Shown: positions 1 through 10,612, counted from the stretch's first letter. The stretch: DNA of 64,000 nucleotides from a bacterium (GCA_046757025.1 JBHHXN010000009.1:5738-69737); one strand, 5' to 3'. Program-made: numbers and translations. The notes: a model not told the origin generated them from the letters alone.

Positions 1-658
1 CCAGGTAAGCCACGGTCATGAAAGGCGTCAGCACTTGTGCGGTTCTGGCGATGGACCGGATGCCGCCGATGACCACTATCCAGGTCAGACCGGCGATCAC
101 CAGGCAGGAAATCAGTTGTGGAATTTGAAATTGGTTGTGCAGGGCAATGGACATGGAATTCGATTGAATGGAAGTGGTGGCCAGCAAAGTTTTAAGAGAC
201 ATGGCAACGGCAAACAGAACCGCCAGCCATTTCCAGCCCAGACCTTGCTGAATGTAAACCATCGGCCCACCGAGAAAAGTCCCGTCGGCGTCTTTTTCCC
301 GAAACTCAAAACCGAGCAAAGATTCCGAATACATGGTTGCCATGAGAATCAGCGCGGACACCCACATCCAGAAAACCGCGCCCGGACCGCCAATCACAAT
401 GGCTGTAGCCACACCCGCGATGTTGCCGTTGCCGACGATCCCCGACAAAGCGGACATCAGAGCCTGGTAGGGCGTGATGTCTCCTTCGCCTGTGGATTTT
501 CGGGAACTCCACAATAATTTCACCGCCGACTTGAATTGAGAAAACTGCACACCTTTCAACCGCAATGAAAAATAGATACCGCTACCGAGTATGAAGACCA
601 GCATTTGTGGCCCCCAAAGGAAATCCGCTATCTGTCGCACGATCTGAAAGAAACCCAT
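1..658 (-). CDS. Alanine/glycine:cation symporter (AgcS/AlsT family), 5' part; runs off the window
   Basis: Not in the ORF track. Manual translation from ATG 658 gives MGFFQIVRQIADFLWGPQMLVFILGSGIYFS...GDITPYQALMSALSGIVGNGNIAGVATAI, the AgcS signature G-x-GNIAGVATAI. Confidence 0.9.
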   Translation of the reverse strand, partial: MGFFQIVRQIADFLWGPQMLVFILGSGIYFSLRLKGVQFSQFKSAVKLLWSSRKSTGEGDITPYQALMSALSGIVGNGNIAGVATAIVIGGPGAVFWMWVSALILMATMYSESLLGFEFREKDADGTFLGGPMVYIQQGLGWKWLAVLFAVAMSLKTLLATTSIQSNSMSIALHNQFQIPQLISCLVIAGLTWIVVIGGIRSIARTAQVLTPFMTVAYL

Positions 659-733
659 TTCATGGACCCCATTAGTTTAAAATTAGTTTGATTTCGCTTT
701 CGCCGATTGGTTTTGCTGGTTGGCTGTTCCAAA

Positions 734-762
734 ACCCTCCAGGTCTCTGAGACCTGGAAGGT
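734..762. repeat. REP-like palindrome (accctccaggtctc-t-gagacctggaaggt)
   Basis: Near-perfect inverted repeat just downstream of the FAD oxidase stop; may also act as a terminator. Confidence 0.55.
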
Positions 763-767
763 CTTAT

Positions 768-2201
768 TCACACTGGCCATTTGCCGGGATTCATGATGCC
801 ATTTGGATCGAGCAGCTGCCTGACTTTTCCCAGAAGATTTAAAAAGACCGGATCGATTTTATCGCGATGACGGTGGACTACCCAGGGCGGAGTTTTATAG
901 GGAAAGAAGCCCAATTCTATAACCAGGTCGCTCAGGTCTTCATTTAATCGTTTGACTTTTTTTACCCTTTCTTTATCTGATTTGTCAAAAACCGCGATAA
1001 ATCTCAAAACTCCAAAGTGCCCGCCACGCATGGGTCTCGTGACAACGATGGGTGGGAAACCCTGCTCTTCCATCAACTGCATACCCTGTTTAACGCCGGT
1101 TTTCCACTGGGAAATCGGACCATACGTACCGATCCAGGTCAGTCCCCCGAGTTCCATTAGAAAATCGAGATCGGCTGGAAAGTCCGCAAATTTCTCAAAA
1201 CGGGGCGCGATTTGCACCAATTTTTTCACTTCTAAAGGCGACTCCAGGTGTACGCCCTTTTTTTTCTGCTGGTTCACCAGTCGCTCGATAATTGCTAATT
1301 TCACTTGGAACAAATCTTCATATTCGGCTGAAACATCCAGATACAGAAACTGCTCGGGTTCGTCGGGATCGCGATACAGCGGGTTCAGATTACCGAAGAG
1401 CATTTTTCCAACGGGCCACGACAGGCCGCCGATGTCGTCGCACACTTCCGAACGCACCAGCAAATTGATAAAATTATACATGTTATCGGTGTCGTAGGCC
1501 AACACAAAAATACGTTTACGGAAGGGATGGTTGGGCCAGAGCTGTACCGCGAGCTTGGTGACGATGCCGGTGGTTCCGTGGAAATTCACAAACAAACCCA
1601 TTAGATCCGGCATGGGCGATCGCGTGCACCAGTTGAGGCTGGCCGCGCCGATGCCGGTACGGACGACCTCTCCCGTTGGCAAAACCGCTTCCAGGCTGTT
1701 GATCCACTGAGCGGTGGCACCGTGTTTTAAACTCAAATTTGAAAGTCCATCCATCAAACAATTGGCCATGATCGAAGTGTCCGGTGGCGAAAGAGAGTAA
1801 CCGAATCGCAGTGACGGGTGATTTTGCGCGAGATGCGTTTTCATATCCATCCAGGTCACACCGGGTTCGATAACCGCGTACATGTCGGTTTCGTTGGTTT
1901 CGACGATGCGATTCATCTCGGTCATGTCAACCACCACACCGCCTTTTTCCGGAATCGCCAATCCGCCGATGTTGGAATTAGCCACTCTGGGGACCACGGG
2001 GGTTTGGTGGGTTTGCGCGGTTTTCAAGATCCATTGCACGTCAGGAGTCGAGTGGGCTTTTACCACCACGTCGGGCAGGTGGCCGGGAATTTCGGTCCAG
2101 TCGTCGGCATATTCAAGTAGAATATTTTTTTCATCGAATACGTTTTCGCTGCCCAATTCATTTTTTAACTGGACGATTATTTGCTTTGCGTCTGCGGTCA
2201 T
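768..2201 (-). CDS. FAD-binding oxidoreductase (GlcD/VAO-PCMH family)
   Basis: PDVVV..S..DV FAD-binding start, IEPGVT, GIVTKL, C-terminal DPNGIMNPGK. Confidence 0.88.
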   Translation of the reverse strand: MTADAKQIIVQLKNELGSENVFDEKNILLEYADDWTEIPGHLPDVVVKAHSTPDVQWILKTAQTHQTPVVPRVANSNIGGLAIPEKGGVVVDMTEMNRIVETNETDMYAVIEPGVTWMDMKTHLAQNHPSLRFGYSLSPPDTSIMANCLMDGLSNLSLKHGATAQWINSLEAVLPTGEVVRTGIGAASLNWCTRSPMPDLMGLFVNFHGTTGIVTKLAVQLWPNHPFRKRIFVLAYDTDNMYNFINLLVRSEVCDDIGGLSWPVGKMLFGNLNPLYRDPDEPEQFLYLDVSAEYEDLFQVKLAIIERLVNQQKKKGVHLESPLEVKKLVQIAPRFEKFADFPADLDFLMELGGLTWIGTYGPISQWKTGVKQGMQLMEEQGFPPIVVTRPMRGGHFGVLRFIAVFDKSDKERVKKVKRLNEDLSDLVIELGFFPYKTPPWVVHRHRDKIDPVFLNLLGKVRQLLDPNGIMNPGKWPV

Positions 2202-2494
2202 GATTCCTTAGGGTTTAGTTTTTACTCCGATCAATTAAATATTAATGCCACCCCTTTTGCCCAAATGACCCATAAGGTAACCTTCATTAAATTCGTACTC
2301 AGAACTCCCGGGCAAGGCTCATTGTGATCACTTTGTGGTGATTTACACGATAAGAATTTCCATCGTGTTCATCCAGTAAATCTTGTCAATCCTGTCAAAA
2401 AACAATGGTATATTTGAGCAGGATACCCACCGTATTCAACCTAAAGCCGGAATTTTCTGTTTTATTTTAAAAACGACTTCAAAGAATTCCGGCA

Positions 2495-2869
2495 TTAATT
2501 TGCACGTAAAACCTTCATCAATTTGAGCAGCAGAAAAAAATTGCCGCTGATCCTGATTTTTCCGGTAAAGATGAATTTCAAATAATGATTTCCCAGTGCG
2601 ATGTCGAGCAGCGTGTTCAGATCGCCTTTAATTTTTGCATGATATTTCAGGTCGTTTCCCGAAGCCACTTCGATGGACTGGCCTGAAAAAATCAGCCGTG
2701 TTTTCATGCCGCTGGCCTCGAATAAAAAGGCGCCCCTCAAAGCCTGGGCAGCGGTTTGACCTGCCCGGGTTTTTAAGTTGGTCCGTAATAGATCTCGCAG
2801 AAAATAACCCATTAGATTTACTTTTTCAGCATCTCTGAATCGAACTTCCATGGTCGTGTTGTCATTCAT
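2495..2869 (-). CDS. SCP2 sterol/lipid-binding domain protein
   Basis: C-terminal IFTGKIRISGNFFLLLKL typical of SCP2; likely ATG at 2869, immediately after the upstream stop at 2872. Confidence 0.65.
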   Translation of the reverse strand: MNDNTTMEVRFRDAEKVNLMGYFLRDLLRTNLKTRAGQTAAQALRGAFLFEASGMKTRLIFSGQSIEVASGNDLKYHAKIKGDLNTLLDIALGNHYLKFIFTGKIRISGNFFLLLKLMKVLRAN

Positions 2870-2871
2870 TG

Positions 2872-3852
2872 CTAAATGTAGTCGTACTCTTTCAGCCACT
2901 CAAAGGTTTTTTTAAACGAGACCTCCAAAGGTGTGGTAGTGTATCCCAACTCGCGTCGGGCTTTGTCTGAGCTCACGTAATGGGTGATGGTTGTCATGCG
3001 TGCGACCCCTGAGGAGATGGCCGGATTAAATCTGAATAATTGGCCGGCGCCTTCAGCCAGATATCCCGCAACCAGCAACAAAAAATAGGGCATTTTGAAC
3101 TTCGGCGGTTTTTGTCCAGCCAATTCGGTCGCTTTTGTGATAAAGTCTTTGTAGCTGATATTCTGGTTGGATAAAATATATCTCTCACCGATTTGCCCTT
3201 TGGCCATGGCTAAAAGGTGCCCTTCGACTACATCATCCACGTCAACTACGCTTATGCCGCCGCTGAGGTAAAAATACATCTTTCCCTGTGCAGCCAGGAC
3301 CAGAAATTTGTTAAGGCCGGGTTTTTTATTCCAGGGCCCAAAAACATAACCGGGATTGACCACTACCGCCGGCAAACCGGATTTGCAGTATTCCAGAATT
3401 TTATCCTCGCCGGCCTTTTTTGTGTCGATATACGGCAGCTTTAATTCTCCGAGATTAAACTCGCTTTCTTCGGTGGCCGGATTCTCTTCCGTGCCAAACC
3501 CTATCGCAGCGATGGAGGAAGTATAAACGAGTTTCTCAACGCCTTCTTCTAAAGCGGCCAGAGCAACATTGTCGCTACCCACAACATTGGTTTTCACGAA
3601 ACGATTTCGTTCGAAAGGCGCTATTTTCAACAATGCCGCCAAGTGATAAACGCGCTTGCAGCCCTTAACGGCTTTGCGCACGGTTTCGTAGTCTCTGATG
3701 TCGCCCAGATACTCTTCGATGTCTAAATTTTCCAGACCCAGCATATTGCTCCACTCGCGCCGTAGGATACGTACGGATTCACCGCGTTCCACAAGTTTAC
3801 GCACCAGATTGGTTCCAATAAATCCAGTTGCGCCTGTAACAAGTGTCAACAT
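2872..3852 (-). CDS. Extended SDR / NAD-dependent epimerase-dehydratase (HpnA/dihydroflavonol reductase-like)
   Basis: TGATGFIG, VYHLAA, YTSS, YIDTK (YxxxK), VDVDDVVEGH, KARRELGY. Confidence 0.88.
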   Translation of the reverse strand: MLTLVTGATGFIGTNLVRKLVERGESVRILRREWSNMLGLENLDIEEYLGDIRDYETVRKAVKGCKRVYHLAALLKIAPFERNRFVKTNVVGSDNVALAALEEGVEKLVYTSSIAAIGFGTEENPATEESEFNLGELKLPYIDTKKAGEDKILEYCKSGLPAVVVNPGYVFGPWNKKPGLNKFLVLAAQGKMYFYLSGGISVVDVDDVVEGHLLAMAKGQIGERYILSNQNISYKDFITKATELAGQKPPKFKMPYFLLLVAGYLAEGAGQLFRFNPAISSGVARMTTITHYVSSDKARRELGYTTTPLEVSFKKTFEWLKEYDYI

Positions 3853-3911
3853 AGTTAAAATATTTTGTTTCGCGATTTGAATTTGAAGATGGGCCAGAAT
3901 AATGTTGAATT

Positions 3912-3940
3912 AAAATAAGCATAAGCAACTGATTTGTCAA
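3912..3940 (-). promoter_or_regulatory. Sigma70-type promoter for the SDR/SCP2 operon
   Basis: TTGACA-17 nt-TATTTT on the minus strand. Confidence 0.5.
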
Positions 3941-4174
3941 GTATTTTCAGCACAAAAAGTATCTCTGGTTTCAACGGGAATACACGTACCGGAGGATTTA
4001 ACAAATAACAACTCGTTGCGGAGGGTGGTAAATTTGATTGAGGGTAAAAATTCAATTTCAAATTGTCATAATGACGATTGCTTTTTTCAGTTCCGTGACC
4101 GATTTCCGGAGATTGCGCTCAGAATGACAACCACGGCTGAATAGATGCGTTTCAGGTGATTTAATTCTTTAAAT

Positions 4175-4203
4175 AAAAAAGCGTTGAAAAACTTCAACGC
4201 TTT
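4175..4203 (-). terminator. Intrinsic terminator after lolA
   Basis: aaagcgttgaa/ttcaacgcttt hairpin plus T-run on the minus strand. Confidence 0.7.
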
Positions 4204-4260
4204 ACAAATTACTGCTTCAAAATTAAAAAGGTGACTAATCATTCGCAAGGTCTGCGGATA

Positions 4261-4914
4261 TCAGCGCAAATCTACCACTTCGGCATCTTTTGGAATTTCA
4301 AAAGTGAACAGCGAGTGGGGCAGATCGATATTTTGTTCAACATTTTTAACGTAATAACTGTTGACATTGTCGTTGATGTCGGTTTGGACAATTTTTATGG
4401 TCAACCAGCTTGCCTTGTCCACCCAGATTATCATGGATTTGATAAACGCCTCCTCATCTTTGGGAATCAAATTTAATCGGTAGGTCATTTTGTTGTGCAA
4501 TTTTTCTTCGCCCACAAAGTGAGGTATGAAATCTTCAGAATATTTTAACATCAAATCTCTGGGCAGCGGATTCTCTTCGGTGTTGCTCAGCAAATCGATG
4601 ATCACCTGGTTGTTGTTTTTGGAATAGCTCCAGACGGTTTCACCATCGGTAACGACGATTTGACTTTCAATTTCAATGCGATAGTGGTTTTCGGCGTTTA
4701 AATAAAGCGTACCATTGGTGGTTTGGGTTTCACCTGCCAGCTCCCAAAAGTAAACTTTCTCAAATTCTGCTTTTAAAGTTTTGAGCTTGGAATATTTCGT
4801 TTTAACTTTTTTTAGTATTTCTTTCGCATTCTCGGTCTTGGTAAAATAACCCGAAACCATGGTGGCGGGATAGCAACTCAAAGTTAAAACAAAAATTAAA
4901 ATTGTTCGCAACAT
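4261..4914 (-). CDS. lolA: Outer-membrane lipoprotein carrier LolA
   Basis: TLKAEF, QIVVTDGETVWSY, FTFEIPKDAEVVDLR; follows ftsK as in the conserved ftsK-lolA pair. Confidence 0.88.
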   Translation of the reverse strand: MLRTILIFVLTLSCYPATMVSGYFTKTENAKEILKKVKTKYSKLKTLKAEFEKVYFWELAGETQTTNGTLYLNAENHYRIEIESQIVVTDGETVWSYSKNNNQVIIDLLSNTEENPLPRDLMLKYSEDFIPHFVGEEKLHNKMTYRLNLIPKDEEAFIKSMIIWVDKASWLTIKIVQTDINDNVNSYYVKNVEQNIDLPHSLFTFEIPKDAEVVDLR

Positions 4915-5003
4915 ATTTCCTCCAGAGTATATTTATTCTAACTTAAGATATACTCAACTGTTCCTTTAGCAAAAGAATTAGCCGGATACAACACTTCGTC
5001 GTT

Positions 5004-7301
5004 TTATTGCAGCAGCCCCAAATCTTCAAGCTGCGATTCGTCTTCTATCAAAACTTCTCGGGCTTTGCTGCCATCAAAAGGTCCTACGATACCCGCAGCC
5101 TCCAGCTCATCCACCAGCCGTGCAGCGCGTGCATACCCCACTTTTAACCGTCGCTGTAACAAGGAGATGGACCCCTGTTGATGGCGCACGATCAATTTGG
5201 CGGCTTCGTTAAACAGGGCGTCCCGAGAAAAGCCAAACTCGCCATTTTCCAGTCCGCCGCCGGACTCTTCCTTATCGACAGGAAGTTTGTGTTTGGGATA
5301 TTTGGGCTGACTTCGAATGTGCGAAATAATTTTCTCGATTTCCTCTGTTGAGATAAAAGCCCCATGCAGTCGGATGGGCTCGGGACTGCCGGACGGCAAA
5401 AATAACATATCGCCCATTCCCAATAATTTTTCCGCACCGTTCAGATCCAGAATCGTGCGCGAGTCGGTTTTGGAAGCCACCTGAAACGCGAGCCGTGCCG
5501 GAAAATTGGCTTTAATGACGCCGGTGATCACATCCACAGACGGGCGTTGGGTGGCGACGATTAGATGGATACCCACCGCGCGCGACATTTGCGTTAAACG
5601 CGCGATGGGCTCTTCGACCTCGCGCGCCGCGGTCAACATCAAGTCTGCCAATTCATCGACGATGATCACCAGATATTCCAGCGGCTCGAAAGGCTCTTCA
5701 TTTTCGACAGTTTGTAACTGGCCGGCTTGTAGCCGGCGATTGTAGTCGGCAATGTTTCGGACCCCTGCCCGTGCTAAAATTTCATAGCGCTGATCCATCA
5801 CCAACTCAAGACTTTTCAATACCGATATGGCGTTGGCTGCGGTGGTCACCACCTCTTCATTTAAGTCTTCACGGTAGGTCAGGTGGTGATGTCGCAAGTT
5901 GTTAAAAATGGACAATTCAAGTCTTTTGGGATCGATCATCACCATTTGCACCTGCGTGGGGTGCGCCTTGTACAGAATGCTGGCGATGATGCTGTTCAAA
6001 CAAATGCTTTTCCCCGAGCCGGTGGCACCTGCGATGAGCAAATGCGGCATGTCGTCCAATCGCGTCACATAAGGTTCGCCAGAAATGGTTTTGCCCAGTG
6101 CCAAAGTTAAAGGCGAAGCCGACTCCTGAAAGGGTTTTGAATTGATCACTTCGATTAAATTGACTTTCGAAGGCAATCGGTTGGGGATTTCAATGCCCAC
6201 GGCGGCTTTGCCGGGAATGGGCGCTACGATTCGGATGCGCTTGGCGCGCATGGCCAGAGCCAGGTCGTCTGCTAAAGAGGAAATCCGGCTGATTTTAACG
6301 CCCGGCGCCGGCTCCACCTCGTAGCGGGTGATTACGGGGCCCGGTCGAATGTCAACCACCTTGCTTTGCACCCCAAATTCCAGCAGGCGATCTTCCAGTA
6401 TCTGAGCATTGGCTTCCAGTTCATCTCGAGAGAGCACATCGGGTGTCTGCTCCGGCTCTGAAAGCAGATCAAGCGGCGGGTATTTGTAATTATTTTTTGC
6501 CGGCACTGGTGGCGGTGTCTGAAAGTTGCTTGCGCTGGTGGAGGGCTTCTGGTTGTTCAACTCTATTTCTAATTGCGATTCTTTTTTAGGCGAAGCCATT
6601 TCTTTGGTGGCCGATGTAAGCGCCGTTTTCTCACCTCTGGTTGGTGAGTGCCAGTCCTGTCCACTGTGAACGGGAGGTTCGGCGGCGGCTTTTTTCAATT
6701 TGCGCTGTTTTTTAGCCCGGGCAAGATTCGCTCTGATTGCTCCAAAGCTCGAAGCAAAGCGCATGCTTAACTCAGATAAAAGTCCAGACATGCTGTAATT
6801 TGTGGCACTGATGACGGTCACAATAATTAGTGCAAACAAAATCACCACGCTGCCGGCTGTGCCAAGATAGTTAAAAAGGGTTTGCGCGATCAGCCCGCCG
6901 ACCAGTCCCGAGAGGGAGAATCCTAACTCAGAAAAATCAGAAGAGACCACCGCCGGAATGGCTAGGATAATCGAAGTGTACAGTGCAAAAATAAACAGGT
7001 AGGCCGACCAGCGCAGGGCGTTGCTCAGCGGGTGCCCGCGCATCAGGTTCCAACCGATCAACAAAATGATTACTGGAAATACAAATGAAGGATAACCGAT
7101 GACAAATTTGATGAGAAAGTACGAAATGTAGATCCCCGCCAGGCCCAATTGATTCTCTATTTGGCCAACCGTGAAGTGACCCGGGGTTTCATGGGAATGG
7201 TGGCTAACCAGACTCACTAAAATGAGAATTCCAAATGTGATCATCAAAATTCCCAGAATCTCTTCCTGTCGGGATTGCCTGTTGTTTTTCCGGCGACTCA
7301 T
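5004..7301 (-). CDS. ftsK: DNA translocase FtsK
   Basis: N-terminal TM domain, PHLLIAGATGSGKS, DELADLM, ATQRPSVDVITG, gamma domain LQRRLKVGYARAARL; probable ATG at 7301. Confidence 0.97.
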   Translation of the reverse strand: MSRRKNNRQSRQEEILGILMITFGILILVSLVSHHSHETPGHFTVGQIENQLGLAGIYISYFLIKFVIGYPSFVFPVIILLIGWNLMRGHPLSNALRWSAYLFIFALYTSIILAIPAVVSSDFSELGFSLSGLVGGLIAQTLFNYLGTAGSVVILFALIIVTVISATNYSMSGLLSELSMRFASSFGAIRANLARAKKQRKLKKAAAEPPVHSGQDWHSPTRGEKTALTSATKEMASPKKESQLEIELNNQKPSTSASNFQTPPPVPAKNNYKYPPLDLLSEPEQTPDVLSRDELEANAQILEDRLLEFGVQSKVVDIRPGPVITRYEVEPAPGVKISRISSLADDLALAMRAKRIRIVAPIPGKAAVGIEIPNRLPSKVNLIEVINSKPFQESASPLTLALGKTISGEPYVTRLDDMPHLLIAGATGSGKSICLNSIIASILYKAHPTQVQMVMIDPKRLELSIFNNLRHHHLTYREDLNEEVVTTAANAISVLKSLELVMDQRYEILARAGVRNIADYNRRLQAGQLQTVENEEPFEPLEYLVIIVDELADLMLTAAREVEEPIARLTQMSRAVGIHLIVATQRPSVDVITGVIKANFPARLAFQVASKTDSRTILDLNGAEKLLGMGDMLFLPSGSPEPIRLHGAFISTEEIEKIISHIRSQPKYPKHKLPVDKEESGGGLENGEFGFSRDALFNEAAKLIVRHQQGSISLLQRRLKVGYARAARLVDELEAAGIVGPFDGSKAREVLIEDESQLEDLGLLQ

Positions 7302-7320
7302 GATGAATGGCTCATCTTTG

Positions 7321-7980
7321 TTATTTGTCAATTTTTGATTTTGCTTGTTTAACGACTGTTGAAAAATCTTTAGTACGCTGATACACATCTTCCGTATCGA
7401 GCAAAGCGGAAATCACAGCAACGCCGTCTGCTCCGGCCTGAATCACCGGCTGCAGGTTATCGATTTTGATGCCGCCGATTGCCACCATGGGCAAATGGGT
7501 TAACGGACGCAGCTTTGCGATGATCTCCACACCGGCTACAGACAGGTTATCCTTTGTTCGGGTAGAATAAATCGTCCCGACCCCCAGGTAATCCGCGCCG
7601 GCCGAAACCGACCGTTCGAGTTCCGCAAGATTGTGCACCGAAGCCCCGATGATCATCGAGTCCCCCAACATTTTTTTTGCAGCCGGAATGGGTAAATCCT
7701 TCTGACCCAAATGCACACCTTCCGCCTCGATGGCCAGGGCGATATCTAAACGGTCATTGATGATGAGTGGAATGTCAAACTGACCGGTGATTTCTTTTAC
7801 CAGTAAGGCATCCTCGTAATAATCTTTTGCTGGCGAAAATTTATTGCGCAATTGGACGACGGTGGCCCCGCCTTTGATGAGCTCTTCCGTCAGAATTGAG
7901 ATTGAACGATTTCGAACAAACTCTTTATCGAGAATGGCATATAAAGACCAGTCGATCATCTCGATGTCAATAGCCCGCAA
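7321..7980 (-). CDS. thiE: Thiamine-phosphate synthase
   Basis: VQLRNK, IINDRLDIA, GVHLGQ, VAIGGI, GVAVIS. Confidence 0.93.
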   Translation of the reverse strand: MRAIDIEMIDWSLYAILDKEFVRNRSISILTEELIKGGATVVQLRNKFSPAKDYYEDALLVKEITGQFDIPLIINDRLDIALAIEAEGVHLGQKDLPIPAAKKMLGDSMIIGASVHNLAELERSVSAGADYLGVGTIYSTRTKDNLSVAGVEIIAKLRPLTHLPMVAIGGIKIDNLQPVIQAGADGVAVISALLDTEDVYQRTKDFSTVVKQAKSKIDK

Positions 7981-7983
7981 AAG

Positions 7984-9078
7984 TTAGTAGGGTCGCAGGT
8001 AAAAAGGTGTTTTTACGACTTCGGCAGGCACCCGTTTCTGCCTGATTTCGATGGAGATGGCCATGCCGATCTCATGGTAAGGTGCGTTTATATAGCCGAT
8101 TCCAATGCCTTTTTCCAGACTCGGTGAAAAAGTGCCGCTGGTGACATAGCCCACCTCCAAGCTATCTTTGAATATTTTATAACCGTGCCGGGGAAAAGCG
8201 CGGTCTTTTAACTGAAAACCCACGAGTTTTCGTCTGGCGCCATTTTGCTTGATATTTTGAATGGCTTGTCTGCCCACGAAATCTCCTTTGTCGATTTTGG
8301 TTATCCAGGCCAGGCCGGCTTCGATGGGATTGGTGGTTTCATCGATATCGTTGCCGTAAAGACAGTATTTCATTTCCAGACGCAGCGTATCACGCGCTGC
8401 CAGCCCGATGGGCTCGATTCCGAATTCGGCGCCGGCCTGTAAAATGGCATTCCAGACCTCCACGGAATATTTCACGTTCACCCCGATTTCAAAACCGTCT
8501 TCGCCAGTGTAGCCGGTTCGTGCGATAATGGCCGGCACGCCGGCTACATTCCCTTCGCGAAACCAGTAAAATTTTATCTGAGACAGATCCACGCTTGTGA
8601 CTTTTTGCAGTGTGGTTTCGGCATTTCGACCCTGAACGGCAAAGAGACTGAATTCGTCGCTTCTATCGGAGAGCTCAACCCCTTCGGTTAAATGTTTTTT
8701 CATCCATTCAAAATCTTTTGCACGATTGGCCGCGTTGACTATGGCCATAAATCGATCCTCAAAGCAATACAGGATCAAATCGTCCACCATGCCGCCGTTT
8801 TCATAACACATGCCCGTGTATTGAGCGCGATTGGGTACCAGTCTCGAAACGTCGTTTATGGTGAGTCGTTGTAAAAAGTCCTCCGCCTTTGGGCCTGCAA
8901 TAAAAAATGTACCCATGTGAGAAACGTCAAAAATGCCTACAGAATTTCGAACTGTGCGATGCTCTTCTAAAATACCTTTGTATTGTACGGGCATTAAAAA
9001 ACCGGCGAACTCCACCATTTTGGCGCCCAGTTTTACGTGCGTGTCGTAAAGCGCTGTTTTTTGCGGTTGCAAAATCAT
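7984..9078 (-). CDS. gcvT: Glycine cleavage system T protein
   Basis: FDVSHMG, RTGYTGEDGFE, ARDTLRLE, C-terminal VVKTPFY. Confidence 0.96.
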   Translation of the reverse strand: MILQPQKTALYDTHVKLGAKMVEFAGFLMPVQYKGILEEHRTVRNSVGIFDVSHMGTFFIAGPKAEDFLQRLTINDVSRLVPNRAQYTGMCYENGGMVDDLILYCFEDRFMAIVNAANRAKDFEWMKKHLTEGVELSDRSDEFSLFAVQGRNAETTLQKVTSVDLSQIKFYWFREGNVAGVPAIIARTGYTGEDGFEIGVNVKYSVEVWNAILQAGAEFGIEPIGLAARDTLRLEMKYCLYGNDIDETTNPIEAGLAWITKIDKGDFVGRQAIQNIKQNGARRKLVGFQLKDRAFPRHGYKIFKDSLEVGYVTSGTFSPSLEKGIGIGYINAPYHEIGMAISIEIRQKRVPAEVVKTPFYLRPY

Positions 9079-9114
9079 CTCCTCATCTCAAATCGGAAGG
9101 TTTTTTAATGGGGG

Positions 9115-10278
9115 TTAAATTTTTTGCAGGGCGTTTTTTATTCGCTCCAGCCCCTCTGTAATGTTCGCGATGGAATTCGCATACGAAAGCCTTAGATAAC
9201 CGTCTCCATATTTACCGAATGCGGTTCCGGAAAGAACGGCCACTTCCGCTTCGTTCAGCAAATAATGTTCGAGTTCCTGAGAGCTCATGTGGATAGTTTT
9301 CACATTCGGAAAAACATAAAAAGCGCCTTTGGGCATGATGCAGCTTATCCCTGGGATGTCATTCAATCCGGCTACGATGACTTCACGACGTTTTTTAAAT
9401 TCGGTAACCATGGCGTCCACTTCTTCGGTGGGCCCTTTCAGAGCCTGAATTGCGGCGTACTGTGAAAAAGTCGCGGTGCATGAATTGCAGTTGATCATTA
9501 AACGTTCCACTCTTCTGGCGATTTCTTTGGGCATCACGCCGAATCCCAGCCGCCAGCCAGTCATGGCATACGTCTTGGAGAAGCCGTCCAGTAAAACGGT
9601 ATTTTCCTTCATACCCGGAATGGAGTAGATGCTTTCATTCACACCGTCGTAAACGATGTTTTTATACACTTCGTCGGATAAAACTAAAATATTTTTTTCT
9701 TTGGCTATTTCAGCCACCACTTCCACATCTTTTTTAGTTAAGATGCCACCGGTGGGGTTTTGCGGCGAATTGATGATGATCAGGCGCGTGCGCTGGGTCA
9801 CCAAATTGCGCAGCTCATCTAGGTTAAAGCGAAAATCGTTTTCTTCCCACAAAGGCAGCGGCACCGGCGTGCCGCCAACAAATTTTATCGCCGACTCATA
9901 AATCGGAAAACCGGGGTTAGGATAGATCACTTCATCGCCTTTTTCAATGCAGGCTAATATTAAAAAGAACATGATGGGTTTGGCTCCGGGAGTGACGACG
10001 ACCTCTTCTACTTTCGGTCGCACGCCACGTCGCGCGTAAACGTCTTCCACAATCGCTTCTCGCAATGGCATGATGCCGGCCGCGGGAGAATAGTGTGTTT
10101 GACCTTCGTGCAATGCTTTCACACCGGCTTCGATAATGTGTTGTGGTGTGGTAAAGTCGGGTTCACCGATCTGCAAATGGATGATGTGTTTGCCTTGCGC
10201 TTCTAATGCTTTTGCCCTGGCCATGACTTCAAAGGCGGTTTCCGTACCTAAACGATTCATTCTTTCGGCAAAAATCAT
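9115..10278 (-). CDS. PLP-dependent class I/II aminotransferase (aspartate aminotransferase-like)
   Basis: GEPDF, NSPQNPTG, SDEVY, FSKTYAMTGWRLG, GAFYVFP, YLRLSYA. Confidence 0.93.
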   Translation of the reverse strand: MIFAERMNRLGTETAFEVMARAKALEAQGKHIIHLQIGEPDFTTPQHIIEAGVKALHEGQTHYSPAAGIMPLREAIVEDVYARRGVRPKVEEVVVTPGAKPIMFFLILACIEKGDEVIYPNPGFPIYESAIKFVGGTPVPLPLWEENDFRFNLDELRNLVTQRTRLIIINSPQNPTGGILTKKDVEVVAEIAKEKNILVLSDEVYKNIVYDGVNESIYSIPGMKENTVLLDGFSKTYAMTGWRLGFGVMPKEIARRVERLMINCNSCTATFSQYAAIQALKGPTEEVDAMVTEFKKRREVIVAGLNDIPGISCIMPKGAFYVFPNVKTIHMSSQELEHYLLNEAEVAVLSGTAFGKYGDGYLRLSYANSIANITEGLERIKNALQKI

Positions 10279-10521
10279 AGTATCAATTCCCCTGTTTTAA
10301 TTAAAATTATCTTCAACATAATTACCGATATTGTTCGGCCTAAAACGCGATCGAAAATCGACGCAAATGGTTAATTTATCGTTTCTGGTTTGAGATGCCT
10401 TGTTTAAATAATTGCACCACCATTCATTTTGTTCAAACTGGTGGCCGGCGCGGCTCTCGTAAACCTCTTAATTGTTGGGAAAAGATAGTAAAAATTACCT
10501 CAATAGTCAAGAAATACCCAT

Positions 10522-10552
10522 AAAAAACCAGCGCGAGAAATCAACGCTGGTT
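10522..10552 (-). terminator. Intrinsic terminator after rseP
   Basis: aaccagcg...cgctggtt hairpin plus T6 on the minus strand. Confidence 0.6.
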
Positions 10553-10612
10553 CTTCAAAATAAACAGCAACTAAGCTATTTTTTTTCACGTGTGAGATTC
10601 GTTGCAATCTCA

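Noticed and set aside
35-517. Plus-strand 160-aa ORF and short minus-strand ORFs
   Set aside because: Shadows of the real minus-strand AgcS symporter starting at 658
2240-2340. TPP-riboswitch-like words (gggagt, ctgag) upstream of the FAD oxidase
   Set aside because: Lacks the conserved acctgat...taat...gcg-agg half
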